64,000 nt of DNA from Vulcanimicrobiota bacterium (GCA_963714015.1 OY970223.1:3232001-3296000); one strand, 5' to 3'; numbered from the stretch's first letter, positions 22,169 to 31,840 are shown. Numbers and translations are program-made. The notes: generated by a model not told the origin, from the letters alone.

Positions 22169-23989
22169 CTAGCAGGTTTTCTGATCGCCCGTCAGCACGT
22201 AATTGAGCGATTGAATCATCCGGCCGTAGCACTGACCGAACGGGAAGACCTCGTTGTATTGTTGGCTGCTCTTACCGTTCGACGGCGTAATGCCTCCGCT
22301 GCTGATGGTCAGCGTGTCGGACGAACGCACTTCGTCGTTGAGCGTGGAGAACGGTACGCTATTGGGCGGTGACCCGTTCATTTGCCCGTCCTTGGCGAAA
22401 TCGACGGACGTATTCTGCGTTTCCGTTCCGTTCGAGACGACGGCCTGATAGTTGAGGCGCAGCGGCCACGAGAGCGCCTTGTGCTCGCGCCGCGGCGTCT
22501 TGCCGGTGGTGGTGTAATCCGAAACGACCGTCCCTTGCTGGTGAATGATCTGACCGAATGCCGATCCGTTCGCGGGAACGTCGATAGTCTGATCGTTCTC
22601 GAATTGCAAGTTTTGGCTCACGACGGTCTCAATCCGGCCCTTAGAAGTATCGACGTACCCGTCCAGGCTTACGGCGTGGCTCGAAGTCGTCTTGATCGTG
22701 CCCTTCGCGTCGCCGTTCTTATCGAACTTGACGTTCTCGACCACCGTCTCCGAAGGAACGGCGGGCGTGCCGTCGCTCACGAGAGCGCCGGTGACCTGAG
22801 AGGACCCATGATCCTCGTACACGAGCAGCGCGGCGTTGGCTGAAAAATAGTTGCTGTCGTTGTACACGGAGACCGCGATCGTATGCGGATTCCCGTCATC
22901 GAATTTTGACGCGAACGGCGTAAGGTTCACGTGGTATGGCTTGAAGTTGAGCGTGTCGACGCCGACGATCGGAATCCACAAGAACGGATCGATCCCGCCC
23001 GTGAATATATACGGATACACGGGGGCGACGCCGGCAGGCTGTCCGTCGACGGTGACCTCGCCTTCGCGGAACGCCGTACCGCCGCAGTTGTTCAGCTTCT
23101 GCGCGAGATCGTTCGGGAAACAGGTGTACCAAAACTCGTCGTTGCTTTGTCCTTGCAAGAAGACGTCCAGATACGCCGCTTCGATATTCTTGGGGAATGT
23201 GAACGTTCCGGTCATTTGGTTCGAGGGTGAATCCAAATATACGTAACCGCCGTCCGGTCCCGAAGCCAGCGGATACACCGCATCAGCGCTGTTGCCCGCG
23301 GGGTATTGTTGCGATGCCGGATAGAAGTACAGCTTCGCAGTCCCGTAAATAACGCCCGTGTACTGCGAGTTCACGACGTTGTATACCGAAGCTTGTCCGA
23401 CGGACGCATTTGCGAAAATCGGTGCAATCTGCGTCACGTCGCGTTCGACGTCCCAATTGGGGCTCGCATTCGATAGCGGCTCGGAGGTCGTTCCGAAAAA
23501 GACGTTCGTACCGCCGACCCAGATGGCGCCGGTGCGATCGTATTGGACGCCCTTCGAGACATAGAAGTGCACTCTTAGAATGACCTTAGCGTACGGCCCC
23601 GGGCAATTTGCCGGAGGCGTGTAGTCGAATGGATGATCGCTATAGTCGTTAAACGTTCCGACGGGCGATTGACCCGGCTGCAACGGCGGCGTCGTAGGTG
23701 TAAAAAGCGTGTCCACGCACGGCGATTCGTTGGGATGGGTGACCGGAGGATCGGCGGTAACCGGCCATCCCGAGCCGTTCATCGGCGCGGCCCCATGCGC
23801 GCCTCCCGCGGGCGTCATTTGGCGGAGGCGCGCCGCACTGCGCTGCAGGGATAGCGCATGCAGCGGTCCTTGCGTGCTGCTCGCTCCCTGCGGAAGGACG
23901 GATGTACCGCTCCCGTGGCTGCATGAAGCCATCGCCAGGGACAAGAGGAGTGCCGCTGCGTTCCGGAAGCGTGGATGATGAGCTCGCAC
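22169..23989 (-). CDS. Peptide-N4-(N-acetyl-beta-glucosaminyl)asparagine amidase A-like lipoprotein
   Basis: GVQYDR, FGTTSEP, QSNDEFWY, AFREGEV.VDG..AG..PVYPYIFTGG.DP.LW.PI are PNGase A family motifs. Confidence 0.85.
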   Translation of the reverse strand: MRAHHPRFRNAAALLLSLAMASCSHGSGTSVLPQGASSTQGPLHALSLQRSAARLRQMTPAGGAHGAAPMNGSGWPVTADPPVTHPNESPCVDTLFTPTTPPLQPGQSPVGTFNDYSDHPFDYTPPANCPGPYAKVILRVHFYVSKGVQYDRTGAIWVGGTNVFFGTTSEPLSNASPNWDVERDVTQIAPIFANASVGQASVYNVVNSQYTGVIYGTAKLYFYPASQQYPAGNSADAVYPLASGPDGGYVYLDSPSNQMTGTFTFPKNIEAAYLDVFLQGQSNDEFWYTCFPNDLAQKLNNCGGTAFREGEVTVDGQPAGVAPVYPYIFTGGIDPFLWIPIVGVDTLNFKPYHVNLTPFASKFDDGNPHTIAVSVYNDSNYFSANAALLVYEDHGSSQVTGALVSDGTPAVPSETVVENVKFDKNGDAKGTIKTTSSHAVSLDGYVDTSKGRIETVVSQNLQFENDQTIDVPANGSAFGQIIHQQGTVVSDYTTTGKTPRREHKALSWPLRLNYQAVVSNGTETQNTSVDFAKDGQMNGSPPNSVPFSTLNDEVRSSDTLTISSGGITPSNGKSSQQYNEVFPFGQCYGRMIQSLNYVLTGDQKTC

Positions 23990-24518
23990 GGTGATACCCT
24001 CCGAGATCGAAAGAAAAAAGAAAACTAGCCGAGCCGTCCGGCTCTACTAGTTCTCATGCGACTTCCCCGAGGGCATGCAGCCTCCTAGGTTTTCATCGGA
24101 AAACCCCCAGAATTAGGGATGCCGATCTTGCACGAGGTCGCCGCGACCTCCCGGGTGACGTTTAAAGAAGCAGCGTCGCTCTAGAACTCGACATTCAAAG
24201 GAGACTACGCCATGGCAAGGTTCGCCTACGGGAGTTCCAACACCGAAAGGGCACATGCCGGCGAAGCGACGCCGCGGGCGATCTAGCCAATCGGATCGTA
24301 CGTCACTCGTGAACCATGCGGGGATTGAGCGTTCGCCATCCATTCCACGATAGCGGAGCCGCTCTGGAACGACTCAAAATAGAAGCCGCCCAATTTTGAT
24401 CGGCTAAGCCGCTCCGGATGCTGTTGCATGTCGAAGTACTGACCTAAGGAACCACGGCGGGTAGACCGCGCTCCACACCTCCACGATGTGCGCGTTACGT
24501 CGCCTGCACGCAAAGGTC

Positions 24519-25214
24519 TTAGCGATTAGATGATGGTCCGAACGCCCACTCTATCATCAGCGGGAACTCTTCTCGCCAGAATGCGCCACCGTGCGAGCCT
24601 ACGCGCTCGTTCATGATGATATCCGCATCTGCAGCGCTCAAGGCGTCCGCCCATCGCCTTGCGTTCTCAAGGAAGAACGGCTCCAGTGTGCCGGCGACGA
24701 GGTACGTTCGCGGAAGCGGGCTCGGCATAACGACAGGCGGCTTGTAACCGCCGCCAGGCGAAGCGCAGAAGACCGCGCCGTAGACATGTGGATGGCGCAG
24801 CCCAAGTGCGAGGGCCAGTTCTCCACCTGCCGAGACGCCGAATACCGCGGTGCGTTCAGCGCGCAACAGCACGCCGAACTGCGACTCTATCCATCGGCGA
24901 ACGTTCTCGACGAAGAACTTCTCGTGCGCCGCGAAGCGCTCCGGCTGAAAGCCGGGCGAGTACTCATGCAGCCGCAGCATTTCATCGGCCAGCCCATGTA
25001 CGCCGACGATCATTGTGCGCGGTATCTCGGCCTTCTCCAGCAACCGGCCCCACTTCGAGATTTGCTGGCCGTCACCGGCGAAGACGATTGCTTCAGGCGG
25101 ATCCGGTGGAACGTACACCGTGACCCGTCTTCCACCATCGTAGTCGAACGTCTCAGTGACAAACTCTCCCGAGATTGCGCCCCCGGGCTCGGCGGGCGTT
25201 CCGTCGGACTTCAC
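24519..25214 (-). CDS. Alpha/beta hydrolase (putative esterase)
   Basis: GVSAGG nucleophile elbow; C-terminal GSH His motif. Confidence 0.8.
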   Translation of the reverse strand: MKSDGTPAEPGGAISGEFVTETFDYDGGRRVTVYVPPDPPEAIVFAGDGQQISKWGRLLEKAEIPRTMIVGVHGLADEMLRLHEYSPGFQPERFAAHEKFFVENVRRWIESQFGVLLRAERTAVFGVSAGGELALALGLRHPHVYGAVFCASPGGGYKPPVVMPSPLPRTYLVAGTLEPFFLENARRWADALSAADADIIMNERVGSHGGAFWREEFPLMIEWAFGPSSNR

Positions 25215-25411
25215 TTAGCCTCCCCGGTTGACGGGATTACGTACTTGTCTCATGCGACTTCGCCTTGACTTTAGGACTTTGAGACTATGGCTCGAAACGT
25301 GCTTTCCCGCACGTTTCGTTAGAAAGTTGTTAGACGGTACTCGCATCGCGGCCAATGACGGTCCAGAGTATGGGCAATCCTTACCGCGACGTCCGTGTTT
25401 TGTGCCGGGAA

Positions 25412-26326
25412 TCAGAACGCCGCCGGCCTCACTGCAACGCCCCACGCATTCGAGATTCCGGAGACCGTTCCAAGCACGCGCTTCGAACGATAATCGATGA
25501 TTGAGATCGTCTTGATTCCGCCATAGATGTATCGATCCGTCTGGTCGAAACTCATCTCATAGATGCGCGGCGACTTGAAAGAAATGGGCGTTCCTTTGGG
25601 CGGGATGACTCTAATAAAACCCTTCCTAGACATGCTCCCAGGCGACGCAAACAAATCGCCGGCGGCGTTTGTCGTCAGTCCGCCGCCCATGTTGCCCGTA
25701 TCCGAAACAGAGAAATAGTTCGGCGACGCGTTCGGATACTCAACAACACCGACTCCGCAACACGCTCCGCCGCCTGTTACCACGAAGACGTCGTTTGACG
25801 CGTCCACTGTAATCGAACTCACTCCTACTGGCCCGTTGCCGAAATTTGGATTCGGTAATTGTTCCCACGGTTGGGTAGCCCTTGCCTTATACACGTCGAT
25901 ATTTCCGTCGAGGTTCACAAGGTAAAGCGTGTCGTCTTTGCCCGCGGCGATGTATCCTCCGGGGCCGTTCGGCGTGAAGGTGAGATTCGGTTTGGTTTGA
26001 CCAGGGGCGTATTCGTTAATCTTTCCGTACGGATAGCCGTAATTGTATACGAACAGCGTCCCTGAACCGCCGACTGCGATGCCTTGTGGATCGCTAATAC
26101 CGTCCGTTACGGCCACGCGGACTTTCGGGTTCGTCACGCCGGCCGGAAACGCTAAGATGGCGTTCTTCGTATCGTCTGAAACGAAAACAGTTGCTTTGGC
26201 CGTCTCCTGCAGTGAACCATGGCTGAATAAATCCGCGCGTGCAGTCTGCGGTACACCCGTCGAGCCGGCGCATCCGGCTAAAACTGAAATAGAAGCGAGC
26301 ACATAGAGGCGAACAGTGTAGTTCAT
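25412..26326 (-). CDS. Beta-propeller (NHL-like) lipoprotein
   Basis: AAGGAG RBS, lipobox LAGC, repeated P.GIAV/..EY.P blades. Confidence 0.7.
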   Translation of the reverse strand: MNYTVRLYVLASISVLAGCAGSTGVPQTARADLFSHGSLQETAKATVFVSDDTKNAILAFPAGVTNPKVRVAVTDGISDPQGIAVGGSGTLFVYNYGYPYGKINEYAPGQTKPNLTFTPNGPGGYIAAGKDDTLYLVNLDGNIDVYKARATQPWEQLPNPNFGNGPVGVSSITVDASNDVFVVTGGGACCGVGVVEYPNASPNYFSVSDTGNMGGGLTTNAAGDLFASPGSMSRKGFIRVIPPKGTPISFKSPRIYEMSFDQTDRYIYGGIKTISIIDYRSKRVLGTVSGISNAWGVAVRPAAF

Positions 26327-26619
26327 GGCGGCACTCCTTGGCAATATTCTTGTCGTGGACGATGCTCAGTCCTGCAAGCGCCTGCACTTTGAACCTCGGT
26401 GGACCTACTGCGTTGCCGGCCATGTCGTCACGGAAACGGGCTTTTATAGGCAGTTCTGGAGCTTAACAGGTCGCAATGCGGTAGAATAAGTACGCGATTC
26501 CGCGAATACAGCCGGCGCTAAGGTCAAGCCAAGGAACTGAAGCGCCAGAGCAGCGCGACCTCTGATCGTTTTTAGAAAATGTCCGGTATCTGCCGGAACG
26601 ATACCTGCGGATGCTCTTC

Positions 26620-26770
26620 AACTTCAGGGAACTTTATATCGGTGGGCGGTGCTTACCCGTACCTTCTCAGAATGCGTAATAAGCCTCTTATCCGCAGTAA
26701 AGATGACGGGAACTTTCGCTTGAATCGCGCTTGCGACATGAATCGCGTCTTTGTGCTGAATGCGGTAGTC
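26620..26770 (-). pseudogene. PIN-domain (VapC-like) toxin C-terminal remnant
   Basis: Minus strand reads DYRIQHKDAIHVASAIQAKVPVIFTADKRL (DAxHxAxA...TxD); no N-terminus. Confidence 0.65.
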
Positions 26771-26978
26771 GGGTGCGACCTATGAATGCGGCTGCTTTAC
26801 CACCTTGTCCCGCTTCCACGCTAACGCCACAATCACAATGCAAAGGTACATGTCTTAGCGACCAAGACGGGAACGCCGCACGTGCGTTCGATGAATTTCG
26901 CGTCTTCGAGCCGTCTAGCGAATCAAAACGCTAGGTAAATACGGGGTTTTCGGATTGGAATGACTGGGCTCGAACCCG
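26687..26978. repeat. Left copy of a ~300-bp imperfect direct repeat ending in a degenerate tRNA-Leu 3' fragment (att-like)
   Basis: 26687-26770 matches 31430-31513; 26811-26912 matches 31610-31712; 26952-26978 matches the tRNA 3' end at 31753-31780. Confidence 0.9.
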
Positions 26979-27119
26979 ACATAGTGGTCCAACCGGTACT
27001 AACCTGTACGGTTTTATTCGTAAATTGAGCGGTTTGGTACTAGCCAGGATGGCCTTGTTTTTTGCAACAGGGCCACCCCAATGGCCATCCCAAGTTCACT
27101 CAACTAGTTTTCAGTTTTC

Positions 27120-27482
27120 TCAACTTTGGCCGACGCGACACCCCCGGTCGGGCCCAGCGTCGATGAAAAGTTGAACATCGTAGACCTTTCGCTCACAATG
27201 CGGACAGATCCACGGCTCCGTTGGAAGTGCCTTAGGGTTACGATATTCGCCGCCGTGATAGCAGAACACGGGACTCAGCATGAACCGCACGGTAAAACAA
27301 TCTGCAAATTGCTTCGACGTCGATAATTTGTCGGTGGATTGATCGTGCGAATTCCAGATTTCGAGGTAGGAATCATCGCTTTCATCCGTCTTTACCGCTG
27401 TCTTAAAGTCATCGCCCGTTTTATTATTCGCAAACAACATCTCGGATAAGTAGCGTAGCGCCTCGGCGTCAGTTTGCTTCAT
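27120..27482 (-). CDS. Hypothetical protein with possible Zn-ribbon
   Basis: 120-aa ORF with CYH...CPHC. Confidence 0.55.
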   Translation of the reverse strand: MKQTDAEALRYLSEMLFANNKTGDDFKTAVKTDESDDSYLEIWNSHDQSTDKLSTSKQFADCFTVRFMLSPVFCYHGGEYRNPKALPTEPWICPHCERKVYDVQLFIDAGPDRGCRVGQS

Positions 27483-27525
27483 ATACGCTTCGTTCTTTTC
27501 AATTCGCGCACTAAATACTAAAACG

Positions 27526-28275
27526 CTAAAATTGGATTTTCTCGTCTAACGGATCGTCAAGGCTATCGCCATCCTTAATATCCAACGTGGTCGGCGGTTC
27601 AGCAGACGCCATAATTCGCACCAATTCCTCAATCGACGGTTCCGGATGCTCTGCCTTGTAACGCACTCTAAGGTCGTCAAGACGCGCCAGGCACGCCTCG
27701 GCCAATATCGTGCCCTTTTCTTCCGCCGTTGGCGCACGGCTGTAAACGTTATACGTTTCTTCGCCAAGAAGCGCTGCAAGGCCGTGCCGAATTGCACCGC
27801 CGTTCCAATGCGATTTTGCGCCTTTCGCTGATGCACGCGTTGGACGAGGTATTAGAGGCCGCAATTCACCGTCAACGTAACCCGCCGTAATGAGTCGCCA
27901 AAGCGTGTATTCGACCGCAGGCCGCTGATAGATGTTTCGTGGGTGCTTATGGTTATCGAGGGGCGCCTCCGAACTTTGGAGCAGAAAGCCTTTCGAGACG
28001 AGATTACTCAATGCGCGCGCGATCACGGATTTATTCGAGATGTTGAGGTCCGCTCGGATATTAACGTAAGTCGGATAGGCGACCCCATTCGGGTCCGTGT
28101 GGCAACAGACGTATCCGTAGACCATCCATTCGCGTGGCGTAAGGACCGTAAATACAAACCGCCTCCACCAACTCGGGACGGTGAAGAACGGCTCCGCGGG
28201 ACGGTATTGATTGCCGCCATCCCATATGAGAGCGGCGTTCCGCGCCAGCCTTTGCTCCCGTCGAGACAATTCCAT
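27526..28275 (-). CDS. Winged-helix protein resembling phage/plasmid replication initiator N-terminus
   Basis: LTPREWMVYGYV...AYPT...I..DLNISNKSVIARALSNLVSKGFL matches the HTH_36-like pattern. Confidence 0.65.
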   Translation of the reverse strand: MELSRREQRLARNAALIWDGGNQYRPAEPFFTVPSWWRRFVFTVLTPREWMVYGYVCCHTDPNGVAYPTYVNIRADLNISNKSVIARALSNLVSKGFLLQSSEAPLDNHKHPRNIYQRPAVEYTLWRLITAGYVDGELRPLIPRPTRASAKGAKSHWNGGAIRHGLAALLGEETYNVYSRAPTAEEKGTILAEACLARLDDLRVRYKAEHPEPSIEELVRIMASAEPPTTLDIKDGDSLDDPLDEKIQF

Positions 28276-28595
28276 AAGCGGTTACCTTCATGAGACCGAT
28301 AAAGGAAACCTGGATTACAGAAGACGCGCATGTTGTAGATATAGAACCGTGCGCAAAAGTGAGTAGCACTGGAACCGTACCGAGTCTCATATTTAAGACT
28401 GCCGCCAGTTTTGCCTTTCGCTTCGTCCGCAAGGTAATGTTTGACCCATGCTCCTTCTCGGAGCATCTGGACCGGCCGCAGCACGGGAGCCGGAAATGCG
28501 AAGGACGAGCCGCCTCGCAGCCCGTCCCCGCTCTGGTAGGCGATGGACTTCCGGACTCGGGGCAGGCTCCTCCTTCAGAACCGAAGGTAATCTCT

Positions 28596-29915
28596 ATGTC
28601 TGACCCCATCCGCGACAAGGTGGACATCGTAGGCGACCGCCTCGAAGTCCACGATTTTTCCATGACGGATCTCCCGACCGTCAGTTACCTAAGCACGTTT
28701 GAGGACAAGAAACGTGCCGGCGCCCTCAAGAACTGCATACAGTTGGGGGCTCGTGTCTCACAGTTCGCCAGCGACCGCATCGGCGCAACGGAGATTTGCG
28801 AGCGAATCGAGGCGGCGGCGGCTTCGGCGAAGTCGCTGCTCTCCGGCATTAGCGATGCAACGACGAAACGGATCGATACCACCATCGAGGCGGTTTTCGG
28901 TAACGACGGCAAAGGCGGCGCGTTTCAGCATCACGTCAACGCGCAACTTGCAAACCTGCAACGCGAACTTGAAGGCAAGTTAGACCCCGAAAAGACGAGT
29001 TCAATTACGCAGAAAATCCGCGATGCGATTCGGCGCGACGTCAATGGTGTTCTGGTTGAAGTCCGCAAGGAATTGAACCTTGCGGATCCGACAAGTCCCC
29101 TCGGCCTATTGCGCAACGAACTCGATCGCAAACACAAACAACTCGACGAGCGCATCACCCAGATCATTACGCAGGAGACCGTCAAAACCGCTGTTGGCAT
29201 CGAACGCGTCAAGGGAACTCAAAAAGGCGTCAAATTCGAGGACGCTTTGCATCCTGTCTTGGATCGGCTTTCGCGCCCCCGGCACGATAGCGTCGAACGC
29301 ACGGGAACGGAAGCGGGATTCGTAGGCAACCGGCTTCGCGGGGATTTCGTTGTCGAAGTCAATCCGAAAGACGCAGGTGGTAGCGGTCTTCGGATCGTTA
29401 TCGAGGCGAAAAATGACCACAAGCGTCTGCGCGATCTTATGCGCGAACTCGACGAAGCCAAGGAGAATCGCGTGGCGCAGGTTGCGATTGGTATTTCCAC
29501 AAATGCCGGTCTACTCGCTCCCGACTCACCGCCGATCATCTTTCCTTCCGAGGATAAGGTTGTTGTTTGCGTTCCGGATTACGACGAACGCGATGGAACC
29601 TTTGACGCGCTGCACGTTGAGGTCGCTCTTGAGGTTGCGCGGTTTTTGGCAGTCGCGATGCGCAAGGGTCAGGCCCGAACGTTCGATCTGCTCAAAGTCG
29701 ACGAACGGGTCGCGCAAGCCATAAACGTCCTGACGCGGCTAACGGAAGTCAAGAAGCGCCTTACGTCGATCGCGAACACGGCTAAGGAAACCGATACGCT
29801 ACTGGAAACCATCCGTTCCGAAGTTCGCACCGCGCTTAAAGCGGTACGCGATGCAATCGCGGACGAATTGGTTTCCGCTGTCGAGCCGACCACGACGCAG
29901 AACGAGGCGGCATAA
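28596..29915 (+). CDS. Coiled-coil protein with PD-(D/E)XK nuclease-like domain (DUF2130/RmuC-like)
   Basis: Long helical N-terminus, then KG..FE...GDFV...IVIEAKN motif and a C-terminal coiled coil. Confidence 0.7.
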   Translation: MSDPIRDKVDIVGDRLEVHDFSMTDLPTVSYLSTFEDKKRAGALKNCIQLGARVSQFASDRIGATEICERIEAAAASAKSLLSGISDATTKRIDTTIEAVFGNDGKGGAFQHHVNAQLANLQRELEGKLDPEKTSSITQKIRDAIRRDVNGVLVEVRKELNLADPTSPLGLLRNELDRKHKQLDERITQIITQETVKTAVGIERVKGTQKGVKFEDALHPVLDRLSRPRHDSVERTGTEAGFVGNRLRGDFVVEVNPKDAGGSGLRIVIEAKNDHKRLRDLMRELDEAKENRVAQVAIGISTNAGLLAPDSPPIIFPSEDKVVVCVPDYDERDGTFDALHVEVALEVARFLAVAMRKGQARTFDLLKVDERVAQAINVLTRLTEVKKRLTSIANTAKETDTLLETIRSEVRTALKAVRDAIADELVSAVEPTTTQNEAA

Positions 29916-29922
29916 CCCCCGA

Positions 29923-29958
29923 AGCAAGAGGGAGCCCCATACGGCGGCTCCCCCTTGC
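29923..29958 (+). terminator. Possible terminator hairpin
   Basis: GCAAG-a-GGGAGCC...GGCTCCC-CTTGC stem just after the stop codon. Confidence 0.45.
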
Positions 29959-30039
29959 TCCGCGGCGATTCCAAGCAGGAGGAGGGGAAACGGGCGGGTC
30001 GAGCAATGTTGCAAGTGATTACCCTCTTGGAGGGCTAGG

Positions 30040-30417
30040 GTGGCTATCAGGAGCAGCAAAAGATCGGCAGGCCGCAAGTCCGGCACACGCAAATCCGCCG
30101 CTCGAAAGTCAACGCGTAGAAAATCCGCTAGTCGCAAGGTGACGAGCCGCAAGAAATCCGCCGGGGGCAAAAAGGCCGGCGGACGCAAAAAGGCCATCGG
30201 CAGAAAGAAAACTACTGGCCGGCGTAAGGCGGGCGGTCGCAAAAAAGCCACGGGCCGTAAGGCGGGCGGTCGTAAAAAAGCCGCGGGCCGAAAAGCAGGC
30301 GCCCGGAAAAAGGGCGGGCGCAAGGTTGGGGGTCGCAAGAAGGCCGCTGGACGCAGACGTAAGGAAGCGGTTATTGTTGCGCCCAAGCGCAAGCGCAAAC
30401 GTAAGACAACGGCATAA
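30040..30417 (+). CDS. Histone H1/protamine-like highly basic protein
   Basis: GGAGG RBS, GTG start; 125 aa of RK(K)-rich degenerate repeats; TAAATG junction with next gene. Confidence 0.75.
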   Translation: MAIRSSKRSAGRKSGTRKSAARKSTRRKSASRKVTSRKKSAGGKKAGGRKKAIGRKKTTGRRKAGGRKKATGRKAGGRKKAAGRKAGARKKGGRKVGGRKKAAGRRRKEAVIVAPKRKRKRKTTA

Positions 30418-31029
30418 ATGAAGCCGGATGATGTACTCAAGGACGTGGGCACCGCCCTTACGTTCTTGCTGCTTTTTAGCCCGGGGTTTGTGGCGATGAA
30501 GGCCTACGATTTCTGGCATTCCGCTGAGCCACGGAAAGCATCGGACTATGTTTACGAAATCATTGGCTACAGTTGCGTAAATTATGCCGTTCTAACCCCA
30601 TACCTTATCTCAATCGTGCGGCAGCCGAAGTGGCAAGAAAACTACGACCTTCTAAAATATGCTGTGCCAATTTGCCTCATAGCGGTTCCGATCGCGCTGG
30701 GCACGCTTGTCAGCATCATTCAATGGGGAACGCAGAAGTTCTTAAACCGCAAGTTCGTTGCGTCAACGAAGACCGCGTGGGATTGGGCGTTCCAGCACGT
30801 CGGCGCCGTTGGCGCTATAGTCGAACTGAAAGACGGCGGAACCGTCGTTGGTTGTTACGAGGAGCCTGCCGCAGTATCGAATTATCCTTATGAGCGCGAC
30901 ATCTACCTAAAAGCGCTGTGGGAATTGGACATGGCGGGAAACTTTAAGAATGCGATTGCGGGTTCGCACGGCGCCTACATCCACGGAGATCAAATCAAGT
31001 CCATAAAGTTCCAAGAGTTGCCCGACTAA
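30418..31029 (+). CDS. DUF6338-like membrane protein
   Basis: PGF in first TM, 3 TMs, TAWDWAF..., V.LKDG..V.G.Y, S.YP..RDIYL. Confidence 0.7.
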   Translation: MKPDDVLKDVGTALTFLLLFSPGFVAMKAYDFWHSAEPRKASDYVYEIIGYSCVNYAVLTPYLISIVRQPKWQENYDLLKYAVPICLIAVPIALGTLVSIIQWGTQKFLNRKFVASTKTAWDWAFQHVGAVGAIVELKDGGTVVGCYEEPAAVSNYPYERDIYLKALWELDMAGNFKNAIAGSHGAYIHGDQIKSIKFQELPD

Positions 31030-31115
31030 GACGAATGCGCTGCGAGCGCGGCTGCCGCATTCCGCAGAAACGGTACGTTAAAGGGCTAGCTATTTTTAGC
31101 AAAATCAGCTACGCA

Positions 31116-31400
31116 ATGACTATGAAACGGACGGTAGTTAGTCAAACGACGTTTCTCTATGTCCGCGTAAGCACCGAGGACCAAGCGCGCGGCGTTTCGC
31201 TCGCGGCGCAAGAGGAGCGGTTGCTACCGGACGTGATAACGTGCAAGTCATCGTGGACGGCGGCGCCAACGCCAAGACGCTAGAACGGCCCGGATTGCAG
31301 CAAGCGTTAGAAGCCGTCCGCAACGGACGCGCTGCAAGCGTCGTAGTTTTGAAACTTGACCGGCTTACCCCCCGCGTTCGGGACCTTGCGGACTTCGTAG
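31116..31400 (+). pseudogene. Serine recombinase (resolvase/LSR catalytic domain) remnant
   Basis: YVRVSTEDQ..G.SL.AQ in one frame and RPGLQ...KLDRL in another; truncated. Confidence 0.85.
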
Positions 31401-31429
31401 CCCCGGTGCAGTTTCAAGTGGCCGCCGGG

Positions 31430-31780
31430 CTTATCCGCAGTAAAGATGACGGGAACTTTCGCTTGAAGCGCGCTTGCGACACGGATCGCGTCTTTGTGCT
31501 GAACGCGGTAGTCCCAGACGAGATCGCGGGCTAGAACGGCGAGATAATAAGGTGTGACCTATGAATAGTGACAATCGTCAGTTCGCCTTTCTCGGCCTTC
31601 TGGAGAAGCCGCTTCCACGCTAACGCCACAATCACAATGCAAAGGTACATGTCTTTAGCGACCAAGACGGGAACGCCGCACGTGCGTTCGATGAATTTCG
31701 CGTCTTCGAGCCTTCCGGCGAGGGCGACGTCCTTGTAAGGCTATGGGTTTCAGGATTGGGATGACCGGGACTCGAACCCG
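31430..31780. repeat. Right copy of the imperfect direct repeat (includes second PIN fragment and tRNA 3' end)
   Basis: Block-wise match to 26687-26978. Confidence 0.9.
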
Positions 31781-31840
31781 GACGCTCTTTCGAGCAGCAG
31801 ATTTTAAGTCTGCTGTGTCTACCGATTCCACCATCATCCC
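31757..31840 (-). tRNA. tRNA-Leu (TAA)
   Basis: GGGATGA acceptor stem, GCAGA-CT-TAA-AA-TCTGC anticodon arm, long variable arm, GGTTCGAGTCC T-arm; CCA not encoded. Confidence 0.95.

Larger units (their letters stand above)
26979..31429. mobile_element. Degenerate tRNA-Leu-integrated genomic island
   Basis: Bounded by the direct repeat; visibly more AT-rich; contains a Rep-like HTH gene and a recombinase remnant; no intact integrase. Confidence 0.75.

Noticed and set aside
24113..24513. Short ORFs that may be a decayed gene
   Set aside because: No identifiable family motif; cannot be called.
28290..28595. N-terminal extension of the 541-aa ORF
   Set aside because: It reads as non-protein-like and would fill the divergent promoter region; the ATG at 28596 is more plausible.
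31560..31625. tmRNA-like tag reading frame (SDNRQFAF...)
   Set aside because: No tmRNA tRNA-like ends and no terminal AA-stop; it lies in the scrambled repeat.
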